Notes under the pieces: generated by a model
Told to the model about the DNA's origin: nothing
What the model saw: only the letters and a program-made list of their open reading frames with translations
The model's database searches: none
DNA from: Haliotis rufescens
Lineage: Eukaryota
Length of the DNA stretch: 64,000 bases
NCBI RefSeq assembly: GCF_023055435.1
Contig: NW_025963780.1
Span: 17,856,001-17,920,000, forward strand
Reading direction: 5' to 3'
Shown: positions 1 to 13,200 of the stretch, piece after piece
Numbering within the stretch: the first letter of the stretch is position 1
Layout of the letters: the number at the start of each line of letters is the position of its first letter
Position numbers and translations under genes: made by a program

Positions 1-800
1 TTTACGTGTCTGACAACAGTTACTGCTGGCTGCTGGTGTAAATCACCTTACATATTTGACAATTGCTGGTGTAAATCACTTTACGTATCTGTCAACTGCT
101 GGCTGCTGGTGTAAATCACCTTACATATTTGACAACTGCTAGTGTAAATCACTTTACGTATCTGTCAACTGCTGGTGTAAATCGCTTGACGTGTCTGACA
201 ACTGCTGGTGTAAATCACTTTACGTATCTGTCAACTGCTGGTGTAAATCGCTTTACGTGTCCGACAACTGCTTGTGTAAATCACTTTACGTATCTGTCAA
301 CTGCTGGCGTAAATCACTTTACGTGTCTGACAACTCCTGGCTGCTGATGTAAAACACTTTACATATGTGACAACTGCTGGTGTAAATCACTTTACGTATC
401 TGTCAACTGCTGGTGTAAATCGCTTTACGTGTCTGACAACTGCTGGTGTAAATCAATATACGTGTCAGCAACTGCTGGTGTAAATCAATATACGTGTCTG
501 ACAACTGCTGGTGTAAATCAATATACGTGTCTGACAACTGCTGGTGTAAATCAATATAAGTGTCTGACAACTGCTGGTGTAAAGCAATATACGTGTCTGA
601 CAACTGCTGGTGTAAATCAATATACGTGTCTGACAACTGCTGGAGTAAATCAATATACGTGTCTGACAACTGCTGGAGTAAATCAATATACGTGTCTGAC
701 AACTGCTGGTGTAAATCAATATACGTATCTGACAACTGCTGATGTAAATTACCTTACATATGTGACGCCTTCTGGTATGAATCTCTTTACGTATCTGACA
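1..800. repeat. 33-bp tandem minisatellite (ACTGCTGGTGTAAATCAATATACGTGTCTGACA)
   Basis: Direct tandem copies with no spacers. Overlapping ORFs repeat every 11 aa. Truncated by the window start. Confidence 0.95.
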
Positions 801-837
801 AACGCGCGCGTTACATTGACTCATCCGTATACACTCC

Positions 838-1055
838 GTTTGTTTGTGTTTTTGTTATTTGAAGCCGCACTCAGCAAAATGACGGCGGTCTGCAAATAAT
901 CGGACCAGAGAATCCATCGACTGGCATCATGTGCATCGATCTACACAATTGGGATATGATGACACGCATCAACTGCGTCAGCGAGGCTTGACCACCCGAT
1001 CCCGTTTGTCACCATTTACGACAAACATTGGTTGCTGAAAACCAATTCTAACTCG
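838..1055 (-). mobile_element. SINE family A copy (degenerate)
   Basis: Reverse complement of the 41947-42164 and 46514-46760 element, with a (TTTG)n tail at the left end. Confidence 0.8.
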
Positions 1056-1124
1056 GAATAAATTCCGTTGATCCATTTATCCATACAGTTAGTAAGTTTG
1101 ACCGCTTTGAACAGTATTTTAGTT

Positions 1125-1346
1125 ATATCACGATGCGTCAGCTTGATGTGGGAGGAAAGCCCGACGTGTCGCATGTTGGATATGTTCACCGCTTTGTTAA
1201 AACCCCACGAGGACCAATGTGATGCTTTCAAACCGTATCAAACGAATCTGGTATTGTAAACTACGATCTGAGGATCCAGACTCGTAAGGGACGCATCTCT
1301 GCAATGTGAATCGATTCGCCTTAGATTGCTTGGCCACCAGTGGCCA
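1125..1346 (-). mobile_element. tRNA-derived SINE family B copy (degenerate)
   Basis: Shares blocks with 5104-5345 and 42845-43090 (aagggacgcatctctgca, ttggccacc, gggaggaaagcc). Confidence 0.6.
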
Positions 1347-1680
1347 CATAGCTTCATAGGGAAAGGGTAAATCGGTGTCTCTACTTTTAACAGAGTACCA
1401 GCAAGCAACAACTGTCTCATTTCCAGGTTTCTTGGACGAAATACTGAGTATTCCCTACTTTATGTAAATACTAGTGTGTAGCCGGTGTCGCATCCGGCAC
1501 TTCATCATGCCTCAAGTCCCGAAAATCGGAAATCCGTGTCCTCTCACACCTACATGTAGCAACAGTTATCTATCTCGAAATAGCCAAAAGGAGATTCCTA
1601 ATTATATTCACTGAAATGTGTATTTGCTATTATGTTTTTGGAGAGGAATGCGTTTTAGAATGTAGTATAAAAATAACATG

Positions 1681-1686
1681 TTTATT
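1681..1686 (-). terminator. Candidate polyadenylation signal AATAAA of the LRR gene
   Basis: TTTATT on the + strand about 500 nt downstream of the LRR stop codon, in AT-rich sequence. Confidence 0.4.
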
Positions 1687-2186
1687 TCTCAAAAACATTT
1701 TACAAAACCTGATAAATAAGGAGCTAACTATTTACATAAAAAAATACATGAGCCAAGTTTAATTTGTTGGTTCACATGACATCACATCGGCATATTCAGT
1801 ATATACAATACACTCCTGTCTCATATATCACCATCACAAACTACCGATATTGTTTCCATGTAAGAGCATGATCCTTTCTAGGTGTTTCGCATCATCACAC
1901 GGTCATTTCAAACACGTGGATGAAATGTGACAATAGAGCAAACAAAAATAAAACCAAAAAGATTCTGACGAGGAACACTTCTTTTCATTGTTCATGGCTC
2001 AAAGCGTGGTAACTGGTCGAAACGTATGACATATGAGTCCATTCACATCTGTATATTAAATGTGGTATGGCTTGGTCCTTGTTCTGTGTATATATTGGGC
2101 TGATCACTATATGTACTGTCCAAAATATACAATGTTCTCCATGCAAATGTCTCTGACGTTGTCGGTCTATCCCATGCAGGATGTGT

Positions 2187-3431
2187 CTATACTATGATAG
2201 TACAGAGTGACATGACAATAGCCAGCAGTGTTGGGACATGAACTTGTGGGTTGGTCCCTCTCGAGGATTGCCCGGAAGAACTGGGAGACACACTGGTTGC
2301 TGATTGGTCAGTTGAGGAAGGCGCGTCACTTCCGGAGTTCCCACCAGAAGTGGTTGTAGCAATGAATGATGAATGCGAGAAGTCGGCCACCGTTGGCGTT
2401 TCTGTCTCAATAGTTGGAGTCTTTGATGTTGACGTTGACTCATATTCTGTAGAAGTCTCAGTTTGCGAGTTGGTTGTAGATGTAGAAGGCGTTGTAGACA
2501 TGGTTGACGACGTCATTCGTGAGTGACGTGACGTAGTTGTATCATTAACGACGGGAGGTGACGTCACTGCTGCGTCAGAAGGGCATCCCATTTGTAATCG
2601 CGATGGGTTGAAAGGGCAACTGAGATCGGCCCTTGTTACAGAAGACATGCTCAAGTCTACTTGACTTCTCGGGGCAAAACACATGTTCGACAATAAATGT
2701 CCTTTCAGATACGGCGATGTAAGAATCCAAGCTGTATGGCATTCGCATGTCAGATAATTCTTGTAGAAATTGAATGAAAAGGCAACTGCGAACGATTTGT
2801 CAGAAATACATTCGAATCTTTCGAATCTATTTGAGTTGACGTTGGCAGTTCTGATGTTTCTCCAGTTTGAAAACGCATCAGCTTCAATAACGTCAACCTT
2901 GTTCTCGTAAAACTGAAAAACGTTAACAGTGGATACATTATGAAACGCCATTTTCCCAATAACTGAGATGTTGCATGATTTCACGGTAATATCGCTGATA
3001 TCAGTGATATCCGAGAACGAATCCATTTCGATTTTATCGAGTCTGGTATCACTTATTTCCAGAGACGACATGCCTCCGAGGCCGTAAAAGGCTCCATTCT
3101 CAACAACTGATATGTCACTGAACGATATCGACAGCACGTCTAGTTTGTCAATGTCACTAAATGCATTCTTACGAACAACGCCAATGTATGAAGACTGAAT
3201 ATCAAGTTCGGTCAGCTGTTTCAGATGACTGAACGCAAAGCTCGGCAGTGATTCCACTGTGATGTCCCTGACAACTAGTGTCTCGATATTGGACGGGAGA
3301 GTTGTCACGTGTTTAATGTCAGAACACGTAGCGAACTTAGCGAAGCACACGCATCCTGCGCAGGCTGTCGTTGTCATCACGAGTTGACTGAGGACGACCA
3401 GTGTTGTGAGCCAGCTGTGGTTCCCTCCCAT
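2187..3431 (-). CDS. Leucine-rich repeat cell-surface protein (signal peptide, LRRNT, LRRs, LRRCT, Ser/Thr mucin-like stalk, probable GPI-anchor signal)
   Basis: 414-aa ORF. Hydrophobic N-terminus; CAGCVC...C cap; repeated LxxLxIxxSxI..AF motifs; NYLTCEC...C..P...DLSC LRRCT; S/T-rich stalk; terminal hydrophobic tail with no cytoplasmic domain. Splice acceptor TTTCAG lies 11 nt upstream of the ATG (AG at 3443-3444). Confidence 0.9.
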   Translation of the reverse strand: MGGNHSWLTTLVVLSQLVMTTTACAGCVCFAKFATCSDIKHVTTLPSNIETLVVRDITVESLPSFAFSHLKQLTELDIQSSYIGVVRKNAFSDIDKLDVLSISFSDISVVENGAFYGLGGMSSLEISDTRLDKIEMDSFSDITDISDITVKSCNISVIGKMAFHNVSTVNVFQFYENKVDVIEADAFSNWRNIRTANVNSNRFERFECISDKSFAVAFSFNFYKNYLTCECHTAWILTSPYLKGHLLSNMCFAPRSQVDLSMSSVTRADLSCPFNPSRLQMGCPSDAAVTSPPVVNDTTTSRHSRMTSSTMSTTPSTSTTNSQTETSTEYESTSTSKTPTIETETPTVADFSHSSFIATTTSGGNSGSDAPSSTDQSATSVSPSSSGQSSRGTNPQVHVPTLLAIVMSLCTIIV

Positions 3432-4259
3432 CCTTGTTGTGTCTGAAACAGGTAATCAGCAGGTTCATTGATCAAATTACAAAACACCTGACAAATATTT
3501 ATAAATGCGCAATATAAATCACCATGACCCAATTAATTTTTGAATTGCTTGCATAGGAATGCCACGAAATATTTCAACGCAATATAAATAAAAGCGACAC
3601 AAATCTTTTCCATAATCATAAGAAGTTTCTACTAAAAGCAGAGTCCATTGTACGATTCCGACTATATAATAAGCATGCGTTTATTAATCACTATGGAATA
3701 GTGATGATACCAAATTTGTGCATAAATACCCAATGTAGTCTTTTCAGCTTGCCCCATGTCTTTAATTACTGATCGAATGCAGGCATCACGTATACATGGA
3801 CTGCACTGCAGTGACTAACGTACATAATTGGTGCGTCTCGTTTAGTGTAATTTAGATGTGGCTATCGCTATTGTAAGCACATGCGACATGACGCACTTGG
3901 GGCAGCACACTGACAGAAGAAAATGAAAAGTCACCGGAAACATCATTGTGAGAAGAGTTATTTAAACCAAGTTCTACTCATTGGTGAATACCCAATGTGA
4001 ATGATAACTGATGAATAAATAATCAATGGCTAAAACATATGGATCCCTATAGGTCTACAATATTGACACTTCATACAGACGACTTCAATAGTCTGCCATA
4101 CAAACACGTCAAAAAGGACGCCTTCAGGGCTATTGACTGAACAGACACATCAAAGCGGTACTTTCAATGAGACCCAATCGAGGGAATAGACACTTGGAGC
4201 ATGTATTTTAAATGCTAAATGCCGGACCCAATAAACGCCAAAGACATGTTACACCTCCC

Positions 4260-4335
4260 ACTGACCGGAAATGGGGGGACAGTATTGACCGGAAGTGGGG
4301 AGGAATGTGCGAACTGGCACTGACCGGAAGTGGAG
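4260..4335. promoter_or_regulatory. Three spaced TGACCGGAA(G/A)TGG motifs (ETS-like sites) upstream of the LRR coding exon
   Basis: Motif seen at about 4262, 4286 and 4321. CCGGAAGT is the ETS consensus. Function is inferred. Confidence 0.3.
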
Positions 4336-5103
4336 AGCAGTGTCCTAACTGGTACCTGGTATAACTCCGGGTTCACTCCTGTCCGTAAGACGTCTTCCTG
4401 TTACACGCGCCTTTTGAACTCAACTGAGACCTGAACCGAGCACGCACGTTTATATATTCTTACAAGCATAGTTAGGATATGACGAGACATGGGAATTCCC
4501 ATATATGGCCTGTGATATTAATAACACTCAAACCGAAACGTCTTGCGCATAGGAAGTGGCGTGACTATTTATGAGGAAATAGCCATTGTGAAGTAAGTGA
4601 CGATGCTTAAACCTCAAGTGGGAATTATGTAGCCGATCGCGTGCCCCAAAAATAGCTCTCTGGTTAAACCTCAGTCTGTCCATAACAATATGTGTTATTT
4701 ACCACGAAATGTCTGACGTTTTAACCGTTACCACAAAAAACATGACTGTTTGCGACATGTAGTGTATCCCCGAGGAACCGATCATTCAATATTCGCTGTT
4801 TCATACAACTCGATTTCTGACATTAATTTTCTTTAATTGAAAGGAGAATGGATTTAGTAAGAACATCCGAGTTGTCCTTTGTACGACCCAGTTTACGGCA
4901 CCTGTGTTTAATAAGGAGTTATTTATGGCTTAATACCAAACTTTGTTAACATCATAGCTCAGTTCATATCATAGACCATTCAACTGTATGTAACGGTTTC
5001 TAATGCTCCAAGCCGTCTTGTGGTAAGAAGTTGGTCATCATGAAATGCAATTCTTGAATAGCTCCAAGAAAAGCACGAAAACAAACCGTATTAAAACGTT
5101 ATA

Positions 5104-5345
5104 TGAGTGAGTGAGTTTGGTTTCACGCCGCATTTAACAGTATTCCCGTTATGTCACAGTGTGTCAGCGTTATGTTGGAGGAAAGCCTGAAGTGATGCAT
5201 GTCTCAGAGGTTTACAACTTTGGTGAAACCCACGAACATGGGTACCGGGATTCGAGCCCACAATCATAGGCGTCTGGTGTACTCAAGGGACGCAACTCTG
5301 CACAGCAAATTGTGGCGCCATAGACGACTGGGCCACCCTCTGCCC
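5104..5345 (-). mobile_element. tRNA-derived SINE family B
   Basis: Minus strand reads GGGTGGCCCAGTCGTCTATGGCGCC (A-box, tRNA-Leu-like)...GGGCTCGAATCCC (B-box), ending in an (ACTC)n tail. Confidence 0.75.
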
Positions 5346-5578
5346 ACCAAAAGGTTAAATGAAACTTATTACTGAACCAAACACGGGCGGAGTAACTTAG
5401 GTAACTTCAATATGTGAACCTCTTTTATGTGTCTGTATAACTATTTTGAAGTGTATTATTCATAAAGATTATAATTTGTTTCAAGATCAGTTAGTGGCAT
5501 CATATTTCAAATATGAAACAGTTCACACACTAACCGATATGGTTTGACATGTTGATGAGAAAAGCTTAAAATGTCCCA

Positions 5579-5755
5579 GTCAGCAATATTCCAGCTACAT
5601 CAGGGCGACCTGTACATAATCGGGTCTGGACCAGGCACACCAGTGATTGATATTATGAGCAACGTGCCGCGTCGTCGGGGTACGATGACACACAATTAAC
5701 TAAGTCACTGAGCTGACAACCAAATCCATTTAGTCGTCTCTTACAACAAGCATGG
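5579..5755 (-). mobile_element. SINE family A fragment
   Basis: cagcaatattccagc...tctggacca...tagtcgtctcttacaacaagcatgg matches family A. Confidence 0.7.
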
Positions 5756-6962
5756 AAATACAGGTTGCTATAACTTCGTGTTTCCTTAATAGTGACGAAG
5801 TGACGTTACCCCAACTCAGCACAGAACTTTTCTCGTTGTAGCATCGCGTATTTGAATCGGATTAAAAAAGAAACTTTGGTAGCGAATCGGTCAAGGGAAT
5901 AACTTTTTTTAATGAAATGGACGTACAAAATACACTGGATAAGCGATTATGGGGTGTTCAATATTACAAGGTTTCAGTCATAGTTCATATATTTCTCAAA
6001 GGTAATAATAACTGTGATCATATTAATAATTAAGAACTGAAAATAACACTTATGATGATAGGGACTATCTTGTTTTGGATCTGTTGTGTACACAAAAAGT
6101 ACCTAATAAGACGAACAAGATTAGTTTGCTGTTTTAATGCCTATTGGGGATATTCAAATATTCCTTTCCTTTCAAACTTGGTATATTTGTCTAACGTAGA
6201 TAAAAATAACAATTTTTATCATAACTTGCGTAAGAAACACGAACATTGCAAGGCATAGTCCGAATTTGAAATGATCAATTTGTATATATTCTAACTTTAA
6301 GACATACGACCACATTAGAAAGACAATTATACGCCAGAGCAATTTAATCTTAAAACCAACATAATCACAATACTTTTGCCTTTAAGTGTAAAACACGTTA
6401 CAATGGTTACTGTTCTTCTTGAAGCCAAAGGACTGCTGTATTCATGATACCTTATATACTTAATAATATCAGAAAGTAAGAAGTAAAACATATATACAAG
6501 ATTAACTATGATTACCTTGCGAGCCCTTGCCTGACTGTTAATGCTGTCTTGAAACCACTGTCTCAGTGTATGCGCTTCAATGATACGACACAGGAATGTC
6601 CCGTCTCGTACAACAGATGCGGAAACAGGACGTTCCCACAAACTAGGGTCTCGGTAAAAGCCCCGGATGATAGAGTTTGTCCCTTATCTAGATCTGTGGC
6701 GTCCCTAGACGATGTGGACACCCATTCCTACATTTCTAGATACAGTGGATGTCTTCAACGACAGACGCCCTGAGGAACAACCATTTAATTTTTTCTGGCG
6801 GGGAGGTGATGTTTGTTGAGGCACTACTTTTATTTTCTGTGAAAGGAGCTGAACGACTTATTTCTTGACAACACATTTTTCAGCACGTCCAACATGTCCA
6901 GCGTATGCACAGTTTATATGTTTCCACTGTTTAGCTGGAACAAGATAACCCTCGCCCCCTCA

Positions 6963-6986
6963 ACACACACACACACACACACACAC
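6963..6986. repeat. (CA)n microsatellite
   Basis: Direct dinucleotide run. Confidence 0.9.
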
Positions 6987-7966
6987 TCGTAATCCTTTAG
7001 CTTGGTGGTTATGGTCTAGTGTTAATAAATCCTCAAATCATCAGTTGTTTTTTCTTTGTCGATGCGCCGTAATGCAATTATTCTGTCCATTTATTTAGTT
7101 TTGGAATCACGTGTGTTTATTAACGTCTATACGTTAAAAAAACTATTTTGACTATTACGAGTCGGCTCCTCGGTGGCCGATGCGTTACGCTAGCGTAGGC
7201 GGCGTTTTCGTCAGTTCAGCACCGTGACACGGGGTCGCACATTTTGGGAAGTTCTTTTCATTCGGTTCAAAAACACACCTATGTCCAAAATAATTTGTAA
7301 ACAAAGTTTTGAGGGCTTGAATGACCTTTTTAACTTTAGAAAGAATAATGGTCAAGTCAAACAATAACTTGTCTAAATGTTGCACAGTGAGATCATTCAA
7401 CTGATATTGTTTGCACTATTAATTCCGACTGCAGTCTATGCTATCCCGAGGCAAGAGAAGAGTCAGAAGGACACTATGCCAAATGAATACATATATATTC
7501 GTAGGATACTGATTCTATTGAACATTAAATACTGTTATTTGCGCATGTCTTCTGAGCATCTGAAAATAAAAATGGCGAATCTTGAAGAACGTCCGAGAGT
7601 TAGATATAACTGCCATCCTTGACACTCACACAAAAGAAACAAACATAGGACTTTGAAAATATCCTGTTTGAACCTTTGTTTCTTTGTAATATGATCAGGA
7701 TTTCTTGTGATATCTTGCATTGCATCACACACTTTGGGCACACAACTTTGAAGATAAACGATAGCGAATTTACATTACAACCTCTTTAAAAGGATTCCGA
7801 CAGGATTCCGGATAAGGCTATATGTACGTCCCCAGCAACCTATGCTGCGGACTCATAATTATAGTCTTAAATCGAAAAAAGAATTGTCCCATAACATTTT
7901 TTGTGGTTCAGACGTCGGCCACAAAAATGTCCTTGTTGCAAGGTGTTATTTTTAGAAATACATTAA

Positions 7967-9250
7967 TAGTCCAGTAGAAATTGCATTGGACCCGGACATT
8001 TCTGATAACAGGCCACATTTGTGTTTAAACTCACCAGCAGGGTGTTATATGTCACCATAAAAAAAACAAAGAAAATCAAGGTTGGGGAAATATCTTTTAT
8101 TTGGATGGTTCTGGGGATTGGGTCTGTTGTCTTTTCACACAAATATCAGCAGGAATGCATTTGTCATGGTTACATAGACCATGTAAAAATATTGTTTGTG
8201 GTCTTCATTCTAGTCTGTATTGTAATTTCTTAGGAATCCTACTTGGATCGGATACAAAATATTTGTATTTATTTATCGCATAGTCAATGCCGGCCATCTT
8301 GAATTCAAGATGGCCGCCTTCAATTGACTCTACTACATATAATGCTGTTATGAAACTCAAAAGTTTATGATTGCAGTTATTAACTTATGCATTTCATTAA
8401 CTTACTCGTAACATTGCACAAGTTCAATAAATAATAGTTCTTAATACTTAACATTATCATCAATTTCTTGTAATCTTTGAGAGTGTTTTTGTTTTATACT
8501 TTACTTGGATTCAGTTGCTTGAATAATGCTACTGGCAGTCTCATGTAACTCAAAAATAATTTTTGGACTTGCATGAGTTGAAAATAACCGCAAAAGGCAT
8601 TGCTCATTTAACCCAAAATTTAGATTGTTATAACATCACATATGTTTTATATTAAAAGGTGATGATAACAAATAAAATAACTGACAATGTGGCTATTTTT
8701 TTTACATTTCCAAAAAAATAGAGTCAGCGGGTCTGTAATCAGAAAAATATAAAACGCCTGGCCTTACATTAGTACATTTTAAAGTACAACTCTTGGGGAG
8801 CTAATTCATAATATGCCCACTGCATATCCTGTCAATGTCCCCAAATCATTCCACATACATAACTAACCACTTTTTCATAGCACCCAGTACTTCTTCAGCC
8901 ATCAATACACACATATTGCTATAAGTCACCAACAATTGAAGACAATCAGAGAAATATATTGCAATGTTAAATTTAGGAAGAGGCAAAGCGTTCCTTAGTC
9001 CACATTAATCTTCATCAATAACCTCGTCACAAAACACAGGTGTTGGGTTTAAGCAGTAACCCTTGCACTTGCAATGAAAGCCTAGGGCCCCTTTTTTGGA
9101 GACCCTCAAAAACTGATTTCCCCAAGCTTGATTTTTCTTGGGTTTTGTATACACAACCAGGACACACTGAAGATTGACTTTGTGCAATAATTGGGTTGTT
9201 ATCACAAATGTCCGGGTTAATTAATTATGACGTCAATTTCTACTGGACTA
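7967..9250. mobile_element. Non-autonomous DNA transposon, Academ-like
   Basis: TIRs TAGTCCAGTAGAAATTG...ACCCGGACATTT(C/G)TGATAACA at both ends; 3-bp TSD TAA (7964-7966, 9251-9253). TAG...CTA termini with a 3-bp TSD fit Academ. No transposase ORF. Confidence 0.75.
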
Positions 9251-10289
9251 TAACACTATATTGGCGCAACTGTAGCTTAAATATATCTAGTCTCAATGCA
9301 AAATCCCAGCCTCCTCACCGGTCGGTCCCTTAGAAGCCTCTACATCGAACTGGATCGGTGGTCAGACTCGGACACTTGGTTCATTGCGCGTGGCATTGTA
9401 GGGCGTCGATTATTGCTGAGTGAGGCGTTAAACAAAAACACACAAGCGCGTACAAGCACATTCTGTCATTAGCACTAGCGAGCGATGAGTAGTCTGTCGA
9501 CCCATCACAGCGAGCAGTTCACGATGACTGGCTAAGATTATTACATGACCATGCAGCAATCTCAACAAGCTGTCGTCGTCATGGCAGATGGCACTTTTTA
9601 ATAGACATACAGCTATGTTAAACATAAAACAGTATTTTAGGCCACAAGCTTGGGTATGTTGCTAGCAACGTTGTTAGATACATTTTGAAATGCACTCGTA
9701 ATAAAAACGGTTTAACGGGGACTTGTTATAGAATGTGTATTTATTAACTCGCTTATATGGGTACTAAACATAGATTCGAACCTATAGCAGAAGCGTTGTC
9801 AATTATTTCCCAGTAAACATCAGGCGTGATTCTCGTGGAAAAGCAAACATTCCTGAAAAACACGTTTGAAATGTTGTTCGTTCACTGATGACAGTGAGCA
9901 CAACACGTCATTTCCTATAGAAATCTCCATCATCACATGTGATTCATGTACTTTGGTTGTGGATTTGCCACAATGTGATGACAAGGCATTTAGCTTCCTG
10001 TAGAGTCAAGGGGACATTGCTTGGCGTGGCGTGGCGAAGCGTGGAGTAGCGAGGCATGGCATATTTCCGACTGATTTCACTCTAAGCAGATGAAATTAGG
10101 GACGGAAACATGTGAGTCCTGTATTCTCACATATGAAACAACCAACGATATGTGGTGGCACGTGGTCCCGTGCATGCTGTGGTCACTAATCGAATGAGCT
10201 GTATATTTTCACCATGCAGCTGCTGAACTGGTGCCTTTTCTGTTTAGGAATTTAACATTTTCATTTGTTGCGCTTCAAACTAAGAGTGA

Positions 10290-13200
10290 GATGGAGGGGA
10301 AGTTGGTATGGAGGAGGTAAGACATGGGGTATTGAGTGGAAGTAGGCATTATGGTGGGGAAGTAGGGAGGATGAAGGGGAAGTAGGAAGGATGAAGGGAA
10401 GTCAGGGGGTGGAGTGGAAGTAGTGAGTATGGAGGAAGTAGGGAGGATGGAGGGAAGGCATAGCGGATGGAGTGGAAGAATGGAAGAAAGAGGGGAAGTA
10501 AAGAGGATGGAGGGAGAGTAGGTATGATTAAGAGAAGATACAGGGATGGAGTGGAAGTGGGGTTGATGGAGGGGTAGTAGGGATTATGGAGGGTAGACAT
10601 GGGGGATGGAGTAGAAGTAGGGAAGATGAAGAGAAGGTATGCAGGATTAACTGGAAGTAGGGATGATGGAGGTAAGAAGAGATGATGGAGTGAAGGCATG
10701 GGGATGGAGTGGAAGTAGGTATGATGGAAGGAAGGCATGATGGATGGGGGTGGAAGTAGGCATGATGGAGGTAAGAAGAGATGATGGAGTGAAGGGATGG
10801 AGTGGAAGTAGGTATGACGGAAGGAAGGCATGATGGATGGGGGTGGAAGTAGGCATGATGGAGGTAAGAAGAGATGATGGAGTGAAGGCATGGGGGTTGG
10901 AGTGGAAGTAGGCATGATGGAGGGAAGGCATGGGGATGGGGTGGAAGTAGGCATGATGGAGGTAAAAAGAGATGACGGAGTGAAGGCATGGGGGTTGGAG
11001 TGGAAGTAGGCATGATGGAGGGAAGGCATGGGGGATAGGGTGGAAGTAGGCATGATGGAGGTAAGAAGAGATGATGGAGTGAAGGCATGGGGGATGGAGT
11101 GGAAGTAGGTATGATGGAAGGAAGGCATGGGGGATGGGGTGGAAGTAGGCATGATGGAGGTAAGAAGCGATGATGGAGTGAAGGCATGGGGGATGGAGTG
11201 GAAGTAGGTATGATGGAGGGAAGGCATGGGGGATAGGGTGGAAGTAGGCATGATGGAGGTAAGAAGAGATGATGGAGTGAAGGCATTGGGGATGGGGTGG
11301 AAGTAGGCATGATAGAGGGAAGGCATGGGGGATGGGGTGGAAGTAGGCATGATGGAGGTAAGAAGAAATGATGGAGTGAAGGCATTGGGGATGGAGTGGA
11401 AGTATGTATGATGGAAGGAAGGCATGGGGGATGGGGTGGAAGTAGGCATGATGGAGGTAAGAAGAGATGATGGAGTGAAGGCATGGGGGATGGAGTGGAA
11501 GTAGGTATGATGGTGGGGAAGTAGGGAGGATGAAGGGGAAGTAGGGAGGATGAAGGGAAGTCAGGGGGTGGAGTGGAAGTAGTGAGTATGGAGGGAAGGC
11601 ATAGCGGATGGAGTGGAAGAAAGAGGGGAAGTAAAGAGGATGGAGGGAGAGTAGGTATGATTAAGAGAAGAAATAGGGATGGAGTGGAAGTGGGGTTGAT
11701 GGAGGGGTAGTAGGGATAATGGAGGGTAGACATGGGGGATGGAGTAGAAGTAGGGAAGATGAAGAGAAGGAATGCAGGATTAACTGGAAGTAGGGATGAT
11801 GGAGGTAAGAAGAGATGATGGAGTGAAGGCATGGGGGATGGAGTGGAAGTAGGCATGATGGAAGGAAGGCATGATGGACGGGGGTGGAAGTAGGCATGAT
11901 GGAGGTAAGAGATGATTGAGTGAAGGCATGGGGGATGGGGTGGAAGTAGGTATGATGGAAGGAAGGCATGATGGATGGGGGTGGAAGTAGGCATGATGGA
12001 GGTAAGAAGAGATGATGGAGTGAAGGCATGGGGGATGGAGTGGAAGTAGGTATGACGGAAGGAAGGCATGATGGATGGGGGTGGAAGTAGGCATGATGGA
12101 GGTAAGAAGAGATGATGGAGTGAAGGCATGGGGGATGGAGTGGAAGTAGGCATGATGGAGGTAAGAAGAGATGATGGAGTGAAGGCATGGGGGATGGAGT
12201 GGAAGTAGGTATGATGGAAGGAAGGCATGATGGATGGGGTGGAAGTAGGCATGATGGAGGTAAGAAGTAATGATGGAGTGAAGGCATGGGGGATGGAGTG
12301 GAAGTAGGTATGATGGAAGGAAGGCATGATGGATGGGGTGGAAGTAGGCATGATGGAGGTAAGAAGCGATGATGGAGTGAAGGCATGGGGGATGGGGTGG
12401 AAGTAGGCATGATGGAGGTAAGAAGAGATGATTGAGTGAAGGCATGGGGGATGGGGTGGAAGTAGGCATGATGGAGGTAAGAAGCGATGATGGAGTGAAG
12501 GCATGGGGGATGGAGTGGAAGTAGGTATGATGGAAGGAAGGCATGATGGATGGGGTGGAAGTAGGCATGATGGAGGTAAGAAGCGATGATGGAGTGAAGG
12601 CATGGGGGATGGGGTGGAAGTAGGCATGATGGAGGTAAGAAGAGATGATTGAGTGAAGGCATGGGGGATGGAGTGGAAGTAGGTATGATGGAAGGAAGGC
12701 ATGATGGATGGGGGTGGAAGTAGGCATGATGGAGGTAAGAAGCGATGATGGAGTGAAGGCATGGGGGATGGAGTGGAAGTAGGCATGATGGAGGGAAGGC
12801 ATGGGGGATAGGGTGGAAGTAGGCATGATGGAGGTAAGAAGAGATGATGGAGTGAAGGCATTGGGGATGGAGTGGAAGTAGGCATGATAGAGGAACGCAT
12901 GGGGGATGGGGTTGAAGTAGGCATGATGGAGGTAAGAAGAGATGATGGAGTGAAGGCATTGGGGATGGAGTGGAAGTAGGCATGATGGAAGGAAGGCATG
13001 GGGGATGGGGTGGAAGTAGGCATGATGGAGGTAAAATGAGATGATGGAGTGAAGGCATTGGGGATGGAGTGGAAGTAGGTATGATGGAGGGAAGCCATGA
13101 TGGATGGGGGTGGAAGTAGGCATGATGGAGGTAAGAGATGATGGAGTGAAGGCATGGGGGATGGAGTGGAAGTAGGCATGATGGAGGGAAGGCGTGGGGC

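Noticed and set aside
1-800. CRISPR-like appearance of the 33-bp repeats
   Set aside because: No unique spacers, no cas genes, eukaryotic context.
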